Shown here: in pieces, positions 29,797 to 40,443 of the stretch
Layout of the letters: each line of letters starts with the position of its first letter
Numbering within the stretch: the first letter of the stretch is position 1
Source: an uncultured Gemmatimonadales bacterium
Lineage (GTDB): Bacteria; Gemmatimonadota; Gemmatimonadetes; Longimicrobiales; Gaopeijiaceae
DNA: 64,000 bases
Assembly: GCA_963823035.1 (NCBI GenBank)
Contig: CAWGKG010000018.1
Coordinates: 352,001-416,000, forward strand
Reading direction: 5' to 3'
The notes under the pieces: generated by a model
What the model was told of the DNA's origin: nothing
Database searches by the model: none
What the model saw: only the letters and a program-made list of their open reading frames with translations
Made by a program: the position numbers and the translations under genes

Positions 29797-31743
29797 ATGG
29801 GGGCGCTGAGCCCGCTCTTCCTGATCGCCGGTGCGGTGGTGGCCATCCCGATCTTCCTGCACCTCTTCCACCGGCAGGAGCTGCGCCGGATCTCCTTCCC
29901 GGCCCTCCGCTACCTCGAGCGCACGGAGCGTGAGCACGCCCGCAGGATCCGCACGCGCCAGTTGCTGCTCCTCCTCTTACGCATCACCGCGGTGCTCCTG
30001 CTCGTCGGCGCGGGGGCCCGCCTCTTCCTGCGTGGCCGCGGGTCGGCGCACCCTCCCACCGCCCTGGCGATCGTCCTCGACAACTCGATGAGCAGCGGCG
30101 TCGTGCTCGGCGAGCGCCGCTTCCTCGACGACCTGAAGGCCGTCGCGCTCCGCACCCTCGACGCCGCGGGCGACGACGATCGAGTCTGGGTCGTGCGGGT
30201 CGGCCAGCCCTGGCTGCCCGCCGTGCCGGGGACGCCGTCCGACGCGCGGCGCATCGTCCAGGAGACCGAGGTGAGCGAGGGCCGCGGTGACCTCTCCCTG
30301 GCGCTCGCGCGCGCCGCCGAGCTCGTGCGCACCTCCGGGTTCGGCGCCGCCGAGGTCCATCTCCTCTCCGACCTGCAGGCGACCGGCTTCGACGCCGGCG
30401 TGGACGCCCCGGCCGGGGAGGTCCCCGTGGTGGTCTGGGCGGCCTCCGACGATCTGCCGCCGAACCGCGGGCTCGCCCACGTGGTGGTCGGGGGTGGGCT
30501 CCCACCGCTCGGCGGGCAGCGCGGAGTGCTGAGCGTCGAGGTCACGGGCACCGCGGGAGACAGCGTCCCCGTTCCCGTGCGCCTCGTGCTCGACGAGCGC
30601 CTGCGCGGGGCCGGGGCGGCGGTAGCGGGCTCCTCCCTCTCCCTGCCGCTCCCGCCGGCTTCGGCCGGGTGGGTACGTGGCTACGCCGACGCCGACCCCG
30701 ACGCGCTGCGCGCCGACGACCGCCGCTACTTCGCCTTTCGGGCCCGCCCCGCCCCTCGCGTGGCCGTGGCCGGCGACCCAGGCGTCTTCACGACCGAGGC
30801 CATCGGCGTGCTGGAGGAGGCCGGTCGCCTGCAGCCGACGACGCCGCCGGACGCGGAGGCCGTGATCTCCGGCTCCGGAGAGCTGCTGGAGGCCGTACCG
30901 GCCGCTGCCGGCGTGCTCATCGTGCCGCCGTTGGACCCCACCCGTCTCCCGGCGCTCAACCGCCGGCTGGCGGACGCGGGCATCCCGTGGACGTACGCGC
31001 GTCGCGAAGGCGGCGCCGGCGAGGTCGATCTGGTGGGGGATGCCGTTCCCGAACCGCTCGCCTCCGTGCGGGTGAGGAGCGCGTACAGGTTGACGCTGGA
31101 GGGGGATCCCCCCGCGCCGCCGAGGACGTTGGCGCGCGCCGGCGGCTCGCCGTGGGCGGTGGAGGGATCGGACGCGCGGGGCCGCCGCTACCTCCTGCTC
31201 GCGTCGCCGCTCGACGCGGAGTCCACCACGCTTCCGGTCTCGGCCGACATGGTGCGCTTCCTGGACTGGTTCATCGGACAGTGGGCCGCGGCGGCCGGAG
31301 CCCCGCTCGAGCACGTGGCCGGGGAGCCGCTTCCGGCGCCGTACGGAGCCGACCATGTCCGCCTTCCTTCGGGCGACGACGTGGAGGTGGACCCGACCCG
31401 CTCCGTGCCGAACACCGACCAGACCGGCTTCTACACCTTCCTGGCCGGCGACAGCACGCTCGCGGTGGAGGCGGTGAATCCGCCGGCGGAGGAGTCGGAC
31501 CTGACCCGGGTCGCGCGGGACGCGCTGGAGGATCGCATCGGCCCGGAGGTGACCGAGGTTCGACGCGCGGGCGCGTGGGACCGCGCGATCTTCCGCACCC
31601 GCCAGGGCCCGGAGCTGTGGCAGCCGCTCCTGTTGGCGGCGCTGCTCCTGCTCCTCCTGGAATCGGCCATCGCGGCGGCGGGACGGGTGCGCAAGACCGA
31701 GACGGCCGGCACCGGCGGCGAGGCCGCGCGTGGCGCGACCTGA
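29797..31743 (+). CDS. BatA N-terminal domain / VWA-containing membrane protein
   Basis: PIFLHLF....ISFPALRYL (BatA), MIDAS-like DNSMSS, LLSDLQ, C-terminal ESDL...ELWQPLL TM. Confidence 0.85.
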   Translation: MGALSPLFLIAGAVVAIPIFLHLFHRQELRRISFPALRYLERTEREHARRIRTRQLLLLLLRITAVLLLVGAGARLFLRGRGSAHPPTALAIVLDNSMSSGVVLGERRFLDDLKAVALRTLDAAGDDDRVWVVRVGQPWLPAVPGTPSDARRIVQETEVSEGRGDLSLALARAAELVRTSGFGAAEVHLLSDLQATGFDAGVDAPAGEVPVVVWAASDDLPPNRGLAHVVVGGGLPPLGGQRGVLSVEVTGTAGDSVPVPVRLVLDERLRGAGAAVAGSSLSLPLPPASAGWVRGYADADPDALRADDRRYFAFRARPAPRVAVAGDPGVFTTEAIGVLEEAGRLQPTTPPDAEAVISGSGELLEAVPAAAGVLIVPPLDPTRLPALNRRLADAGIPWTYARREGGAGEVDLVGDAVPEPLASVRVRSAYRLTLEGDPPAPPRTLARAGGSPWAVEGSDARGRRYLLLASPLDAESTTLPVSADMVRFLDWFIGQWAAAAGAPLEHVAGEPLPAPYGADHVRLPSGDDVEVDPTRSVPNTDQTGFYTFLAGDSTLAVEAVNPPAEESDLTRVARDALEDRIGPEVTEVRRAGAWDRAIFRTRQGPELWQPLLLAALLLLLLESAIAAAGRVRKTETAGTGGEAARGAT

Positions 31744-34700
31744 TCCGATCCTCGCGGCGATCGCCTCCTGCGCGCCGTTCCAGGAGCTCGCGGTCCGACT
31801 CCCGGCTCCCGGGCACCAGGCGTCGCTCGGGGGCCTTCGCGGAGCCTCCCCCGTCGTGGTCCTGGCGGCCCTCCACCGGTGGCATCCCGAGCGCGTCTTC
31901 CTCGCGCTGACGCCCGGGCCGCGTGAGGCGGCCGCGGCCGAAGCCGACCTGGAGGCGCTCCTCGGCGCTCAGGATGCCCGGATCTACCCCCAGAAGGAGT
32001 CCCTCCCCTACGAGGAGGCCGAGCCGAACCTCGAGATCGGCGGGCTGCGCGTCGAGGCGGTCGAGGCGCTCTTCTCCGGGCGGTCGCGGATCGTGGTCAC
32101 CACGCCGCGCGCGCTGCAGGAGCGCGCCCCGATCCCCGCCCACCTGGCCCGGCTCCGACTCACGCTCCGCGTCGGCGACACGGTCGACCTCCACGAGTTG
32201 GCCGAGACGCTCGAGGCGCGTGGCTTCGAGCGCGTGCCGCTCGTCGAGGAGGTGGGGCAGTTCGCGGTGCGGGGAGGGATCATCGACGTCTTCTCCGTCG
32301 GCTCGGGCGACCCGGTGCGCATCGAACTGTGGGGCGACGAGGTCGCGTCGGTGCGTAGCTTCGACATCCTCGACCAGCGCTCGATCGACGAGCTGAGCGA
32401 GACGCACGTCCTGCCGGTCGACTTCCGACGCGGTGGCGACGGCGAGGATACGGTCCCGCGCTCCCTCCTGGAGCTGGTGCCCGCCGACGCCGTGGTGGTG
32501 CGGCTCGGTGCCTGGGACGTCGCCGCGGACGTGGCGCGGACGTGGGAGCGGGTGAGCGCGCTGTACGCCGATCTGGTCGACTCCGGTGCGTCGCCTCCAC
32601 CCCCCGGGCAGCTCTTCCTCGAGCCGGAATCCGTCGCGGGCCAGATGCGGAGGCTGCCCACCCTCACGCTCCGCGACGACGACCAGGCGGAGCGCACGAT
32701 GGTGGTGCGCGATCCGCCGGCCATCGACCGCGACATGGGCAAGCTCGAGGACTGGCTGCGCGTGGGCACGGCGCGCGGTCACGACACGCTGCTCCTGTGC
32801 GACAACGACGGTCAGCTCCAGCGCCTGGAGGAGATCCTCGGCGGCCCCGAGCGGATCCCTCCGGGCACCGTGCTCGGGATCGGCGCACTCTCCGGGGGCT
32901 TCGAGCTCCTGGAAGCCGATCCTCCGCTGAGGGTCCTCAACGACCACGAGATCTTCCGCCGGGCGCGGCGGCTCCGTCGGACGCGACGGTTCCGCGGAGC
33001 CGCCGCCCTCGAGAGCCTGGCGCAGCTCACCCCCGGCGACTACGTGGTGCACCTCGATCACGGGGTCGGCAGGTTCGTGGGGCTCGAGCGCATCGAGGTG
33101 GCGGGCGAGGAGATCGAGGCGCTCGCGATCGAGTACGCCGGCGGCGAGATTCTGCGCCTCCCGGTCTACCGTCTCGACCTGGTCGAGCGGTGGGTCGGCG
33201 AATCGGACGACGCCGAGCCTCCCAGGGTGCACCGCATCGGCGGCCGACGATGGAAGACGCTGCGTCGGAAGACCGAGAAGGCCATCGAGGAGATGACGGC
33301 CGAGCTCCTCCACCTCTACGCGCGGCGTGAGACGGCGGAGGGACACGCCTTTCCTGCGGACTCGCGCTGGCAGAAGGAGATGGAGTCGTCCTTCCTCTAC
33401 GAGGATACGCCGGACCAGCGCCAGGCTGCCGAGGACGTGAAGCGCGACATGGAGGCCAAGCGCCCGATGGACCGCCTGGTGTGCGGCGACGTGGGCTACG
33501 GAAAGACCGAGGTCGCCGTCCGCGCCGCCTTCAAGGCCGTGCAGGACGGGAAGCAGGTGGCCGTGCTGGCCCCCACGACGATCCTGGTGGAGCAGCACCG
33601 GCACACCTTCGAGGAGCGCCTCGCGGACTATCCCGTCCGTGTGGGCGCGCTCAGCCGCTTCCGCGCGCCCAAGGAGGGCCGCGCGCTCCTGGGTGAGCTG
33701 GCGAACGGGGGATTGGACATCATCATCGGCACGCACCGTCTGCTCTCCGACGACGTCCAGTTCAAGGACCTGGGTCTCCTGATCGTCGACGAGGAGCAGC
33801 GCTTCGGGGTGAAGCACAAGGAGCGGCTGAAGCGCATGCGCGCCTCCGTGGACGTGCTCACGCTCACCGCCACGCCGATCCCGCGCACGCTCTACCTGTC
33901 GCTCTCCGGAATCCGGGACCTGTCGCTGATCCGCACGCCGCCGCGCGACCGGATGCCGATCTTCACGCACGTGCTGCCGTGGACGGACCAGATCCTGATG
34001 GAGGCGCTCCAGCGGGAGCTTGACCGCGGGGGGCAGGCCTTCTTCCTGCACAACCGCGTCGAGACCATCTACACGATCGCCGAAGAGGTGCGCGGGTTGG
34101 TGCCGGAGGCGCGCATCGCCGTCGCGCACGGGCAGATGGGTGGCGCCGAACTGGACGAGCACATGCGTGCCTTCGTGGACGGCGAGGTGGACGTGCTGGT
34201 GTGCTCGTCGATCATCGAGAACGGCCTCGACGTGCCCAACGCCAACACGCTGATCGTGGACCGTGCGGACCGCTTCGGCCTGTCCCAGCTCTACCAGATC
34301 CGCGGCCGCGTGGGCCGCTCCGACCGACGCGCCTACTGCTACCTCCTGGTGCCGGAGGAGATGACCGAGGACGCGGCCCGTCGGATGCGCGTGCTCGAGC
34401 ACTACACGGAGCTGGGCAGCGGGTACTCGGTGGCGCTCCGGGACCTCGAGCTGCGCGGAGCGGGCAACCTGCTGGGCGCCGACCAGTCCGGCTTCGCCCA
34501 CCAGGTGGGGTTGGACGCGTACCTGCGCCTGCTCGAGAAGACCGTGGAGCGCCTGAAGAAGGGCGAGGTGGTGGAGGAGTATCCCGACCCCGATGTCTCC
34601 TTGGCTGGACCCGCGTATCTTCCCGAGGGGTATGTGGCGGATTCGGGACAGAAGCTCCATCTCTATCGTCGGCTCTCGCGTGTGCGCGAACGCCGGGAGG

Positions 34701-35029
34701 TGGACGCACTCGGGCGGGAGATGGCGGATCGCTACGGCGTCCTCCCCGCCGAAGTCGGTCGCCTCCTCGACGCATCGGTCCTGCGTCTGCTCGGGCGCTC
34801 CGTGGGTGCGGAGCGCATCCTCGTGCGCGAACGGTCGGCAAGGCTCAACTTCCGTGCCGGCGTCGTGCCCCACGTCGCGGCCCTGGAAGGGCCGCTTCGC
34901 CAACGACAGGTTGAGATCGAGGTACGGCGGATGGACCCGCTCTCCCTGGTGCTCAACCAGGTGGGGTCGGCGCCCTTGACGGAGACATTGATGATGGCCC
35001 TCGAGGCCCTGAAGGCGGAGACTTCATGA
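31730..35029 (+). CDS. mfd: Transcription-repair coupling factor
   Basis: RGGIIDVF, GDYVVHLDHGVG, CGDVGYGKTEVA, DEEQRFG, TATPIPRT, QIRGRVGRS and DLELRGAGNLLG motifs. Confidence 0.97.
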   Translation: MARPDPILAAIASCAPFQELAVRLPAPGHQASLGGLRGASPVVVLAALHRWHPERVFLALTPGPREAAAAEADLEALLGAQDARIYPQKESLPYEEAEPNLEIGGLRVEAVEALFSGRSRIVVTTPRALQERAPIPAHLARLRLTLRVGDTVDLHELAETLEARGFERVPLVEEVGQFAVRGGIIDVFSVGSGDPVRIELWGDEVASVRSFDILDQRSIDELSETHVLPVDFRRGGDGEDTVPRSLLELVPADAVVVRLGAWDVAADVARTWERVSALYADLVDSGASPPPPGQLFLEPESVAGQMRRLPTLTLRDDDQAERTMVVRDPPAIDRDMGKLEDWLRVGTARGHDTLLLCDNDGQLQRLEEILGGPERIPPGTVLGIGALSGGFELLEADPPLRVLNDHEIFRRARRLRRTRRFRGAAALESLAQLTPGDYVVHLDHGVGRFVGLERIEVAGEEIEALAIEYAGGEILRLPVYRLDLVERWVGESDDAEPPRVHRIGGRRWKTLRRKTEKAIEEMTAELLHLYARRETAEGHAFPADSRWQKEMESSFLYEDTPDQRQAAEDVKRDMEAKRPMDRLVCGDVGYGKTEVAVRAAFKAVQDGKQVAVLAPTTILVEQHRHTFEERLADYPVRVGALSRFRAPKEGRALLGELANGGLDIIIGTHRLLSDDVQFKDLGLLIVDEEQRFGVKHKERLKRMRASVDVLTLTATPIPRTLYLSLSGIRDLSLIRTPPRDRMPIFTHVLPWTDQILMEALQRELDRGGQAFFLHNRVETIYTIAEEVRGLVPEARIAVAHGQMGGAELDEHMRAFVDGEVDVLVCSSIIENGLDVPNANTLIVDRADRFGLSQLYQIRGRVGRSDRRAYCYLLVPEEMTEDAARRMRVLEHYTELGSGYSVALRDLELRGAGNLLGADQSGFAHQVGLDAYLRLLEKTVERLKKGEVVEEYPDPDVSLAGPAYLPEGYVADSGQKLHLYRRLSRVRERREVDALGREMADRYGVLPAEVGRLLDASVLRLLGRSVGAERILVRERSARLNFRAGVVPHVAALEGPLRQRQVEIEVRRMDPLSLVLNQVGSAPLTETLMMALEALKAETS

Positions 35030-36510
35030 AGACATCCCGGACCTCCACCCCACGAAACGCGAGCGTTTCGCGGGGGCCCCGATTCGCCTCGGCCCTCTTC
35101 GGGCTGTTGCTCGTTGTCGGGTGCGACAACGCGCAGTCCAACGAGGGCCTGGTCGCCCGCGCTGGAGACCAGGAGTTCACCGTCGACCAGGCCGTGCAGC
35201 TCCTGGTCGATCAGGAGAACCTCCCGAACCAGACCCAGGTCGTGCACGCGCTGGCCGATCTCTGGGTGGACTACACGCTCCTGGCACGGGCCGTGGCCCG
35301 CGACTCCACGTTGGGGGACCTGAACGTGGAGCCGCTCATCCGCCGTCAGCTCGAGCAGCAGGTCATCGCCCAGCACATGGACTCCGTGCTGCAGGTGGAC
35401 ACGGCGATCACCGAGAGCGAGCTGCGCGAAGCCTACGAGCGGGAGGCACCGGACGGGCGCCTGCACGCGCGTCACATCCTCCTCGGCTTTCCGGACCAGG
35501 CCACGCAGGCGCAACGGGACTCCGTGCGGCAGGAGATCGAGTCGATCCGCCAGCGCGTCGTAGGGGGCGAGAGCTTCGAGGCCCTCGCGCGCCAGTACAG
35601 TCAGGACCCGGGAAGCGCGTCACAGGGAGGCGACCTCGGAACGTTCGGCCGAGGAGACATGGTGCGCCCCTTCGAGGACGCGGCCTTCGCACTCCAGCCG
35701 GGTGAGATCAGCGACGTCGTCGAGACGCCCTTCGGGCTGCACATCATCCGGCTCGAGTCCAAGGAAGTGCCCGGTTTCGACTCGATGCGCGACGCCTTCC
35801 GGCAGCAGGTGCAGGGCAAGCGCTTCATGTCGGCGGAGTCGACGTACGTCGCCTCGGTCGAGGAGGCCGCACAGCCGAAGGTCTCCGAGAGCGCGTACGA
35901 GGTGCTCAAGGAGCTGGCCAAGGACCCCGGCGCGCAGCTGTCGGGCCGCGCCGCGGATCGCCCCCTGGTGTCGTTCGCGGGAGGCGCGTTCACGGTCGGG
36001 GAATACCAGCTCTTCATCCAGTCCCAGCAGCCCCAGCTACGCTCGCGGATCGAGTCCGCCACGGACGAGCAGCTGCAGGATTTCCTCAACGGGATGGCGC
36101 AGCGGGAGCTCATGGTCGAGGAGGCGAGGAAGGCCGGGTTGGAGCCGGACCGCCAGCGAGTCGACTCGCTCGTGACCGAAACGCGGAAGCAGATCCTCCT
36201 CGCCGCCGACGAGATCGGGCTCCGCGACCTCGACCGCGCACCGGGTGAGGAGCTCGCCCCCGCGATCGGACGGGCCGTGCACCAGTCGCTCACGGACATC
36301 CTCACCGGGGCCAAGAACGTGGTGCCGCTGGGCCCGATCGCCTTCCAGCTCAGGAGCCGCGTCTCGACGGGCATCTACGACGCGGGCGTCGGGCAGGTGG
36401 TGATCCGCATCGGCCAGGAGCGCGCGGCGCGCAGCCCCTCGGACGCGGAGCAGGGCACGGGGGCCCCGACCGCGCCCGACACGACCGGGGGCGGTTCCGG
36501 AACCCGGTGA
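35026..36510 (+). CDS. Parvulin-type peptidyl-prolyl isomerase, lipoprotein
   Basis: Lipobox LVVGC; ARHIL...FEALARQYSQDPGS..GGDLG...FEDAAF...ETPFGLHII. Confidence 0.88.
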   Translation: MKTSRTSTPRNASVSRGPRFASALFGLLLVVGCDNAQSNEGLVARAGDQEFTVDQAVQLLVDQENLPNQTQVVHALADLWVDYTLLARAVARDSTLGDLNVEPLIRRQLEQQVIAQHMDSVLQVDTAITESELREAYEREAPDGRLHARHILLGFPDQATQAQRDSVRQEIESIRQRVVGGESFEALARQYSQDPGSASQGGDLGTFGRGDMVRPFEDAAFALQPGEISDVVETPFGLHIIRLESKEVPGFDSMRDAFRQQVQGKRFMSAESTYVASVEEAAQPKVSESAYEVLKELAKDPGAQLSGRAADRPLVSFAGGAFTVGEYQLFIQSQQPQLRSRIESATDEQLQDFLNGMAQRELMVEEARKAGLEPDRQRVDSLVTETRKQILLAADEIGLRDLDRAPGEELAPAIGRAVHQSLTDILTGAKNVVPLGPIAFQLRSRVSTGIYDAGVGQVVIRIGQERAARSPSDAEQGTGAPTAPDTTGGGSGTR

Positions 36511-36533
36511 TATCCCTCGGTTTAGCACGCACC

Positions 36534-37861
36534 ATGATTCGACGTGGTCTGGCCGTTACCGCCTTCGTGATCGCCCTCACCTCCCCCGTGCGCGCCCAGG
36601 TGCCGACGGCGGGGACGGACGGGGACGTCGTCGACCGCGTGGTCGCCGTCGTCGGTGACTCCGTGGTCCTGATGACGCAGGTGCTCGAGCAGGTGGAGCA
36701 GATGCGTCTGCAGAGCCCGGACGCGGTGCCCTCGGAGCCGGGGCCCGCCCTGGACCAGTTCCAGCGTCAGGTGCTCGACGACCTCGTGAACCGATTGGTG
36801 ATCCTGCGCGCGGCGGCCAAGGACTCCGTCATCCAGGTGGACGAAGATCGCGTGGACGAGATCGTCGGACAGGAGTTGCAGTCGAGGACGCGCCAGTATC
36901 CGAGCGGCCAGACGGGCATGCTCGAGGCGCTCGCCAAGGAGGGGCTGACGCTCGCCCAATACCGCGAGATGCTGAAGAGCCAGGTGCGCCAGCTCCAGCT
37001 CCAGCAGATGTACGTGCAGCGCCAGGTGCAGGACGCCGCCCCCGTCGAGGTGAGCGACCAGGAGCTCCAGACGGCGTTCGAGCAGGCGCGCGCGAGCCTG
37101 ACGCAGCGCCCACGCCTCGTGTCGTTCGAACAGGTCGTGCTCGCACCCGCCCCCTCGGACTCGGCGAAGCAGATCGCACGCGTCAAGGCGCGGGCGATCC
37201 TCGACAGCATCCAGGGCGGTGCCGACTTCGGCGAGATGGCCAAGCGCTACTCGCAGGATCCGGGTAGCGCGGAGAACGGGGGCGACCTGGGTTGGTTCCG
37301 GCGTGGGCAGATGGTCCACGAGTTCGAGGACGCCGCGTTCTCCCTCCCGCCGGGGGCGGTGAGCGACCTCGTGGAGAGCGACTTCGGCTACCACATCATC
37401 AAGGTGGAGCGCGCGCGCCCGGGCGAGGTGAAGGCCCGCCACATCCTCATCCGCCCCGAGCTGGGCACGGGGGACGTGGGGCGGGCGCGGGCCAAGGCGG
37501 ACAGCGTGGCGGAGCTGGCGCGCTCGGGGACGCCCATGGAGGAGCTCTACGACGAGTTCTCCGATCCCATGGCTCCGGACACGCTCACGGTCTCGTACCA
37601 GCAGCTGCAGCAGCTCCCGCCCGGATACAGCGTGCTCCAGAACGCCACCGAGGGCGAGGTGGTCGGCCCGATCGAATACGACGCCGGCCGGCGGCGAGAC
37701 GCGTCTGGCCGTGGTGCGGGTGCGCGCAGATCCGCGAGGCGGGCGCCTACACGTTCGACGACGTCAAGGCGCAGCTCGCGCAACAGGTCCAGCAGACCAA
37801 GCAGTATCAACGCCTGCTCGACCGGTTGAAGGACGGCACCCACATCGAGATCCTGATGTAG
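36534..37861 (+). CDS. SurA-like periplasmic chaperone/PPIase (two +1 breaks about 37690-37730)
   Basis: VDRVVAVVG N-terminus, parvulin motif SQDPGS...GGDLG...GYHII, ARHILI; lies upstream of pdxA. Confidence 0.82.
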
Positions 37862-37865
37862 CCGG

Positions 37866-38855
37866 GTGACCCGACCCCCACCCCACGAGCACGATCGCGG
37901 CCGCATCGCCGTCACCCTCGGCGATCCCCGGGGCATCGGACCCGAAGTGACCTTTCGGGCCGTGGAGCGGATGCGCTCCGAGGATCCCACGGTCCGGCTC
38001 CTCCTGCTGGGTCCCGCAGCCACCCTCCACCGCCCCGACGCCCCGACCGACCTCCCGACGCACGCCGTGCCGTGGGACGGCTCGGACGACGACGCGGACG
38101 CGGGCGCCGCGGCCGCCCGCGCCATCGAAGAGGCGGTCGCTCTCGCCCTCGAGGGCGCGGTGGGCTCGGTGGTCACCGCCCCCCTCCACAAGCCCTCGCT
38201 GCACGCGGCCGGTTGGGACGTGCCCGGCCAGACCGAGATGCTGCAGCGCCTGACCGGCGCCGCGCACGTCGGGATGCTCATGGCCGCGGAGCGCACGCAC
38301 CTGGGCGGACCGCTGCGGGTGCTCCTCGCCACCACGCACCTCCCCCTGCGCGACGTGCCCTCCGCCGTCACGGAGGAGCTGTTGATCGACCAGACGACGC
38401 TGCTGCACGCCTCGCTGCGCGACGGCTGGGGCCTCGAATCCCCTCGCATCGCGCTGTGCGCGCTGAATCCGCACGCCTCCGACGGCGGGCTCTTCGGGGA
38501 CGAGGAGGCCCGCGTGCTCGCGCCCGCCGTCGAGCGGCTACGGGCCGGCGGCGTGGACGTTCGGGGGCCACTCCCCGCGGATACCGTGTTCGGCCGGGCC
38601 CTCGCCGGGGACTACGACGCCGTGGTCGCGCCGTACCACGACGTGGGGATGGCGGCCTTCAAGACCGCCGCCTTCGGCGCGGGCGTGAACGTCACCCTGG
38701 GTCTGCCCTTCGTGCGCACTTCCCCCGACCACGGCACCGCCTTCGACATCGCCCGCACGCCGGGCCGGGCCGATCCCTCCTCCATGCTCGAGGCGCTCCA
38801 TCTGGCCCGCCGGCTCACGGCGGCGCGCTTTGACACGGATTCGGCACGTGTCTAG
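37866..38855 (+). CDS. pdxA: 4-hydroxythreonine-4-phosphate dehydrogenase
   Basis: TLGDPRGIGPE, TAPLHK, TTHLPL, LNPHA, GPLPADT, YHD and RTSPDHGTAFDIA motifs. Confidence 0.93.
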   Translation: MTRPPPHEHDRGRIAVTLGDPRGIGPEVTFRAVERMRSEDPTVRLLLLGPAATLHRPDAPTDLPTHAVPWDGSDDDADAGAAAARAIEEAVALALEGAVGSVVTAPLHKPSLHAAGWDVPGQTEMLQRLTGAAHVGMLMAAERTHLGGPLRVLLATTHLPLRDVPSAVTEELLIDQTTLLHASLRDGWGLESPRIALCALNPHASDGGLFGDEEARVLAPAVERLRAGGVDVRGPLPADTVFGRALAGDYDAVVAPYHDVGMAAFKTAAFGAGVNVTLGLPFVRTSPDHGTAFDIARTPGRADPSSMLEALHLARRLTAARFDTDSARV

Positions 38856-38906
38856 GATTCCGTCCCGGCAACGCGGCGGCCGTCCGCCCCTCATCCTTCC
38901 CGTCCG

Positions 38907-39582
<676 letters not shown>

Positions 39583-39587
39583 GCACC

Positions 39588-40442
39588 ATGCACGCCCTCC
39601 GTGAGGCGCTCGCCGCCTTCAAGCGGGCCCCGATGCTCACCGGGCTCGCCGCCGCGATGGTCGCGCTCGCGCTCTACGTGGTGGGTATCTTCGGGCTGGC
39701 CGCGTACAACCTGCGCCTCGCCCTGACGGCCATCGAGGAGCGCGTGGAGATCGTGGCCTACCTGCGCGACGACGTGCGCCAGAGCGAGATCGACCTCGCG
39801 CAGAAGGAGCTCTCCGACATCCCCGAGGTCGCGCGAATCAACTACGTGTCGAAGCGCGAGGCGCTCGCGCGCGCCCAGGAGGACCTCCCTGAGTTCTCCG
39901 ATCTCTTCGCCACGGCGGGCGTGAACCCACTCCCCCAGTCGCTCGAGATCGAGCTGCGGCCGGGCCAGCGCACGCAGGAGGTGGTCGACCGTGTCTCCGC
40001 CGCCGCCTCGGCGTATCCGTTCGTGGAGGACGTGCGCTTCGGGAGGGAGTGGGTCGAGAAGCTCTTCACGCTGCGTCGCGTCGGCGCGGCGACGGCGGCC
40101 GTGCTGGGTGCCGCCTTCTTCCTGGTGGCCGCCCTCATCATCGGCACCGCGCTGCGCATCGCGATCTTCGCCCGCCGCGACGAGATCTACGTCATGCGTC
40201 TGGTGGGCGCGAAGAACGGCTTCATCCGCAGGCCGTTCCTCATGGAGGGCGCCATCTCCGGCCTGGTGGGCGGGCTCCTCGCGTGGATGCTGACGTACCT
40301 CACGTACCGCGGCGTCTACGCGTTCCTGTTCGCGCTCGCGTGGATCCCCTCCGGCTGGATCGCCATCGGCATCGCGCTCGGAATGGTGTTCGGTGTCCTG
40401 GCCAGCGCCATGGCCATCCGGAGACACCTCCGGGAGGTGTGA
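39588..40442 (+). CDS. ftsX: Cell division permease
   Basis: Four TM segments, NPLPQS, RRDEIYVMRLVGA...IRRPFLMEG. Confidence 0.92.
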   Translation: MHALREALAAFKRAPMLTGLAAAMVALALYVVGIFGLAAYNLRLALTAIEERVEIVAYLRDDVRQSEIDLAQKELSDIPEVARINYVSKREALARAQEDLPEFSDLFATAGVNPLPQSLEIELRPGQRTQEVVDRVSAAASAYPFVEDVRFGREWVEKLFTLRRVGAATAAVLGAAFFLVAALIIGTALRIAIFARRDEIYVMRLVGAKNGFIRRPFLMEGAISGLVGGLLAWMLTYLTYRGVYAFLFALAWIPSGWIAIGIALGMVFGVLASAMAIRRHLREV

Positions 40443-40443
40443 C

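Noticed and set aside
31271..34903. 1210-aa minus-strand ORF, and similar long ORFs such as 58759..62430 (+), 9651..11756 (-) and 1886..3709 (-)
   Set aside because: Antisense or off-frame shadows of real genes (mfd, acs and others), expected at high GC; they contain no recognisable motifs.
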